A stretch of DNA of 64,000 nt, from positions 62,001 through 126,000 of the forward strand of contig NIVC01002109.1 of assembly GCA_002269645.1 (NCBI GenBank), in the 5' to 3' direction. The stretch comes from Macrostomum lignano. Its lineage: Eukaryota. Each line of letters opens with the position of its first letter. Position 1 is the first letter of the stretch. The translations under genes were made by a program, and so were the position numbers. Shown here one piece after another: positions 58,737 to 64,000 of the stretch. The notes under the pieces are model-generated. The model was not told the DNA's origin. It did not search any database and saw only the letters and a list, made by a program, of their open reading frames with translations.

Positions 58737-61021
58737 ATGCGGTTAACGCTGACCAGGCTTGCTGCTGCCGCTGGGGGCACCGCAGGCGGCGGCGGCGGAG
58801 GCGGCGGCAATCGGTTGAAGCGGCTCCGTCAGCTGACCGGCCGGTCTCTGCTGGATTGCCGGCAGGCCCTGGCAGCCTGCGGTCACAACATTGACGCGGC
58901 TGTTGGCTGGTTAAAGAGAAGCTCGGCTTGCGGCATTTCTGCCCAGGAGCAGCCCGTCGCTGCTGGCGCTGACGATCGGCGGCGAGGCGAGAAAGCTGCG
59001 TTGAAAAGACGGCAAAAGCCGGCGAGGCACGGCCTGCTGGGCGTCTCTGTGCTGCAGCTGCCGCTGCGATTGCCTCAGCAAGCACGGTGAATACAACTTT
59101 GTGTTGCAAGTGTTTTGTGTGTGTGTCTTGACTCTCAGTTGTTGGGCCAGCCTCCCAGATCCTCAGTTGCTGGGCCAGCCTCCCAGAGTGTCAATTGCTG
59201 GGCCACCAGCCTCCCAAATCCTCAGTTGCTGGGCCAGCCTTCCAGATCCTCAGTTGCTGGGCCAGCCTCCCAAATCCTCAGTTGCTGGGCCAGCCTCCCA
59301 GATCCTCAGTTGCTGGGCCAGCCTCCCAGAGTGTCAATTGCTGGGCCACCAGCCTCCCAAATCCTCAGTTGCTGGGCCAGGCTCCCAAATCCTCAGTTGC
59401 TGGACCAGCCTCCCAGATACTCAGTTGCTGGGCCACCAGCCTCCCAAATCCTCAGTTGCTGGGCCAGCCTCCCAAATCCTCAGTTGCTGGACCAGCCTTC
59501 CAGATTGTTAGTTGCTGGGCTACTCAGTTCAATAATTAACCTGCGCTCCACTTCCCCAGCCGCCAAGCTGCATCACCGCAGCAGTCAGCAGCCACAGCCG
59601 TAGTTGTTGAACTCCGCTGTCAAACAGAATTCGCGGCCCGCAATCAGCTGTTCCAGCTGCTCCTGTCCACCGCCTGCCAAGCCGTCATGACATCGGTGCT
59701 GGCCGCAGACTCCGGCTCGGGTGGTGCGCTGCCGCCAGCCATAATTCTGTCTCCAGATCGACTTTTATCCCTGACCGTGCCAGCTGCGGCTAGCCGGGAT
59801 TCCCATCGCGAGTCTGCAGCGCCCGCATCATCGGTGCTGACCATTGCCGACGCTCTGGCGGAGACGGCTTCAAGGATTGGTGAACGATTGACGCTGATCC
59901 GAGGATTGGCGTTCACGGCTCCGGCTGGGACCAAACTGGCCGTGTACTGCCACCCACTCGAGAGCTGGCATTTGCAGCACAAGCAGATTGCTAAGTGCGT
60001 GCTCGGGGGTTATTTGTGCCGTTCTATAGCTGGGATTTTATTCCCCTTTGTATGGCTGGGATTTTATTCCCCTTGATGTCTTTCATAGCTGGGATTTTAT
60101 TCCCATTAGTGTCTCTCATAGCTGGGATTTTATTCCCCTTTTTATGGCTGGGATTTTATTCCCATTAGTGTCTCATAGCTGGGATTTTATTCCCCTTTGT
60201 ATGGCTGGGATTTTATTTCCCTTGGTGTCTTTCATAGCTGGGTTTTATTCCCCTTAGTGTCTTTCATAGCTGGGATTTTATTCCCCTTAGTGTCTTTCAT
60301 AGCTGGGATTTTATTCCCCTTAGTGTCTTTCATAGCTGGGTTTTATTCCCCTTAGTGTCTTTCATAGCTGGGTTTTATTTCCCTTAGTGTCTTTCATAGC
60401 TGGGTTTTATTTCCCTTAGTGTCTTTCATAGCTGGGATTTTATTTCCCTTAGTGTCTTTCATAGCTGGCTTTTATTCCCCTAACTTACTTCCCCATCGGA
60501 GGGATCATTGCTAGATCAATAAACTGCCTAACATTGCTTACTAGAGTGCCCAAATCAACCCGTAGGCTATAAAATGTGCACCCAATGAACTCTTCATCAG
60601 GCCCGGCAGCACGGCACCATCGGCCAGCATCGGCCAGGGCTCCCCTCTGCAGCAGCAGCAGCCGCCGCCGGCTCCAACAATATTCGCTCGCTACGCAGCC
60701 GGTGTAGCATATCAGCTGCTCGCCGCCGAGCAGAAGCACAGACAGCAGCAGCAGCAGGCGGCTGCAGAGGCTGCTAGACGACTCGCTCAGCACGTGGTCG
60801 GCATGCGGCCCAGGTGTGTCGGAATCGACCCCACCGCTGCCGCCACTAGCTCCGCCGGTTTCAACGACGAGCGCCGATTCGAACTTCAGCCATTCCTATT
60901 GGACGAGACGGTCACGGCTGGGGAATGGGCAGCGTCGCGGGGTATTCGGGTTGTCGATTTTTTTCGCGCCCAATCGGCGCCGCCTTCGTCAATCGACGTG
61001 TCGATTGGGAGCGTCGGCTAA
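58737..61021 (+). CDS. TSFM: Mitochondrial elongation factor Ts; exons 58737-59086, 59560-59994, 60601-61021 (about 401 aa)
   Basis: Presequence-like MRLTLTRLAAAA; UBA-like LKRLRQLTG.SLLDCRQAL..C..NIDAAV.WL; GLLG; VVELRCQTEFAARN..FQ; RRLAQHVVGM.P; QPFLLDE.VT.GEW....GIRVVDFFR. Both phase-2 GT-AG introns restore the frame. Confidence 0.88.
59134..59520 (-). repeat. 28-bp minisatellite, reverse complement of the KAT intron 2 array
   Basis: Unit CCTCAGTTGCTGGGCCAGCCTCCCAGAT. Confidence 0.92.
60025..60482. repeat. About 33-bp minisatellite (TTCATAGCTGGGATTTTATTCCCCTTAGTGTCT), TSFM intron 2
   Basis: Tandem units. Confidence 0.9.
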
Positions 61022-61129
61022 AGCTGTTCGGACGGAAATGAGCGAATCTCTAGGGTTTTTTTTAATCCCGTTTTGAAATCCTATGGCTGATGGTTCCCCA
61101 GCTTTAATATCCCATGGTGACTAATAGGG

Positions 61130-61950
61130 TTTTGTTCCCCAACTCTGAAATCCCCATACCCAGCTATTGAGATTTTAGTTTATTCCCCAAGATCTGAAAT
61201 CCCCATACCCAGCTATAGGGATTTTAGTTTATTCCCCAGCTCTGAAATCCCCATACCCAGATATAGGGATTTTAGTTTATTCCCCAGCTCTGAAATCCCC
61301 ATACCCAGATATAGGGATTTTAGTTTATTCCCCAGCTCTGAAATCCCCATACCCAGCTATAGGGATTTTAGTTTATTCCCCAGCTCTGAAATCCCCATAC
61401 CCAGATATAGGGATTTTAGTTTATTCCCCAGCTCTGAAATCCCCATACCCAGATATAGGGATTTTAGTTTATTCCCCAGCTCTGAAATCCCCATACCCAG
61501 ATATAGGGATTTTAGTTTATTCCCCAGCTCTGAAATCCCCATACCCAGCTATAGGGATTTTAGTTTATTCCCCAGCTCTGAAATCCCCATACCCAGCTAT
61601 AGGGATTTTAGTTTATTCCCCAGCTCTGAAATCCCCATACCCAGCTATAGGGATTTTAGTTTATTCCCCAGCTCTGAAATCCCCATACCCAGCTATAGGG
61701 ATTTTAGTTTATTCCCCAGCTCTGAAATCCCCATACCCAGCTATAGGGATTTTAGTTTATTCCCCAGCTCTGAAATCCCCATACCCAGCTATAGGGATTT
61801 TAGTTTATTCCCCAGCTCTGAAATCCCCATACCCAGCTATAGGGATTTTAGTTTATTCCCCAGCTCTGAAATCCCCATACCCAGCTATAGGGATTTTAGT
61901 TTATTCCCCAGCTCTGAAATCCCCATACCCAGATATAGGGATTTTATCCA
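61130..61950. repeat. Highly homogeneous minisatellite of about 47-49 bp downstream of TSFM
   Basis: Unit TTTTAGTTTATTCCCCAGCTCTGAAATCCCCATACCCAG(C/A)TATAGGGA, about 17 copies. Confidence 0.93.
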
Positions 61951-64000
61951 CCAACTCTGGAATTCCCATGGTGACTCGGGTGACTGGGATTATGATTTCA
62001 TATCGTCTTGCGAAACATTTTTCAACATTAGAATTACCACTTTTGATATTTATTCTAGTTAATAAATTAGACAAAAATTTTGGCAGCAATTTTTTTTACT
62101 TTTTTAATGTACATGCAGCAATAGTTAATCCCTAGGCCGCGCTAGGCTAACTTGCCAGCAAATCAGGAGTCAATGCATAAACATACATTCACATCTATTG
62201 TGTCATCGATTGCTTGTTTCTTAGATTGATCATTCTGATTGACATGATAATACATTTAGAATGCACATTTAGAACGTCTCGGACGTCTTCTGTTCTTTGC
62301 ACGAACTATGGCTCGTATAAAAATTACGTGTTTGTTTTGAACCATTTTTGTTTCATGTTTTATTAATATTTAGAAAGCAACTTATTATTGATAAATAATG
62401 AGACAGATAACAGAAAGTTAGTTAGATTGATGTAACCGCCTTTGATGACCGTCTGCTCAGCGGGGAGGATAGAGACTGACCATAGGGGGCAATGACCGTA
62501 GGCTGCCTATGACCGGGCAATGACCTGACGGACCTCCAACACCAGACTGTAACGCCCACATGATTGATAGCTTTGGTAACGCTTTTGTGACCAGAGGGCC
62601 AAGGACCCACATGGACCCCACCTGTAGCCAAGGTGCAATAGTTGGTCACCTGCCACCACGCTTTGTGACGTGGTGCACCTGGATCTTACGACCAGATCTG
62701 TCGAGGCTAGAGCCCCGCCTGGATTGGTTACCAGGGGATTTAGGCTAACAGGAGAGACGGATGCAGCCGAGTACAGGGACTCTGCTTGGTGCATATTCGG
62801 GAACTGTGGGATCAATCTGGAGGATTTCTCAGCAGGGGATCCTTTTTGGCTATGAATGAGGCGGACTTGAGGCTTCAATTACTAAGAGTAGTGTGAGATG
62901 AACATGTACTAGCTATAGTTTAGATTGCTCAGAGCGAAGGGACGCGTCAGCATGGGGTTGCAACCTTCCTGCTGCCATTCTGTGCCAAGACCCGCTACTT
63001 CCCTCTACTGCCCGCACACTCGGACCCGCAGCACGCACACACAGGCGGGCTTGGCACGGGGATTGGCACTTGGCACTTGCCATTGGCTTACCTAAACTTC
63101 CTTATGCTTTGCCACCCAGGGAGAAAGGCTCAGCAAGCCATTGAGTGAAATAATGGTGAAAGTGCGAAAAATGAGGAGTTTATTAGTGGTTATTAATGAT
63201 TAGGCCCTTAGGCAAAATAAACAGGCAATTTAGGTGGCTTCACTATTGAGCAAAAATACAGCAAAGATACGGTAACACAATTGGCTCAGCTCTCTAATCA
63301 GTCCTCACGGCCGTCGCTCCAAGGTCGTTTCCATGACTCCCTCTCTCTGATTGGCTGCCGGGAAAATGACGTCAGAATGAGTCATGATAAGAAGCATGAG
63401 AACGGCATAGCAACATGAGAAATGGGAGAATTGCGCAATCCGGAGGAGGGGTGGGGGGGAAATGAGCACAGCGGGGGGTCGACGAAGTGTTGCGCAAGCA
63501 AACATTAAGAACAATAAGATCTAGACCGAGAATAAAGGAAATAGAAATCGGGGATAATTGAGGAGAACCGGGAACAATAGAAAAGTAAACATTGGAGAAA
63601 AGGTGCTAATTGGGTGCGAAAAGGAGAACAATAGAACCAGAAAATCTGGGAAGATGTGATAATTAGGTGCGAAAACGATAACAAAAGAATCAAAAACAAG
63701 AACAATAGGAGCGGAGGGGTGGGTGTCACATGAGAAATCTTGAGAAGAGAGCAATAGCATGAGAAAAGGTTGCGCGAGAGGGGGTGATGAGTCATCGGGG
63801 TGAGGGTTAGAAGCTTTGCGTCACCGTTTGGGATTCTAAAAGGAGATGGGGCGATGGTTAGCACAGGCAATACTGTAAGTAAGCACGGGATGAGAAGGGG
63901 ACAGCGCAAGAAAAACGGGCTAAAACATGAGGAGAAACATGAGAAGTACATGATACTTGGGTGGGGCGCGTGAAAAATGGGGAAGGCAGACGAGGTGCAC

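Noticed and set aside
60485-60793. Minus-strand ORF with a signal-peptide-like Leu run
   Set aside because: Antisense shadow of TSFM exon 3 (CAG/GCA repeats read as Leu/Ala).
61130-61950. CRISPR-like regular array of about 47-49 bp
   Set aside because: Head-to-tail identical units without spacers; an ordinary minisatellite.

Overview
Eukaryotic (metazoan) genomic DNA, not prokaryotic. GC-rich exons are separated by GT-AG introns and spacers, most of which carry their own mini- or microsatellite. Tightly clustered co-oriented housekeeping genes have unpaired splice acceptors just upstream of their ATGs. This combination suggests a trans-splicing, operon-using animal such as the flatworm Macrostomum (inference, not verified). 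Host genes I could reconstruct by hand: RPL30 and VPS29 (putative two-gene operon), a FMRFamide-receptor-like GPCR, a PRXamide/neuromedin-U-receptor-like GPCR (one-base frameshift in exon 2), and a co-oriented cluster of a KAT7-like MYST acetyltransferase, SDHAF3, ELP5 and TSFM (putative operon). Mobile elements: a decayed Ty3/gypsy fragment, two hAT-type MITEs, a Merlin/ISXO2-like remnant, a mariner with an intact DD34D ORF, a V-domain tRNA SINE, and a Penelope-like 3' fragment that carries a minimal hammerhead ribozyme and is flanked by a duplication of at least 354 bp. The most unusual element is a 3.8-kb DNA transposon with CAC...GTG termini, long TIRs and an apparent 5-bp TSD. Its transposase joins a Chapaev/RAG1-type N-terminal zinc region to a RAG1/Transib-type DDE core with CxxC and HxxxxH motifs. 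Most long ORFs in the supplied track are artefacts of tandem repeats. All assignments come from motif recognition by eye; no searches were run.
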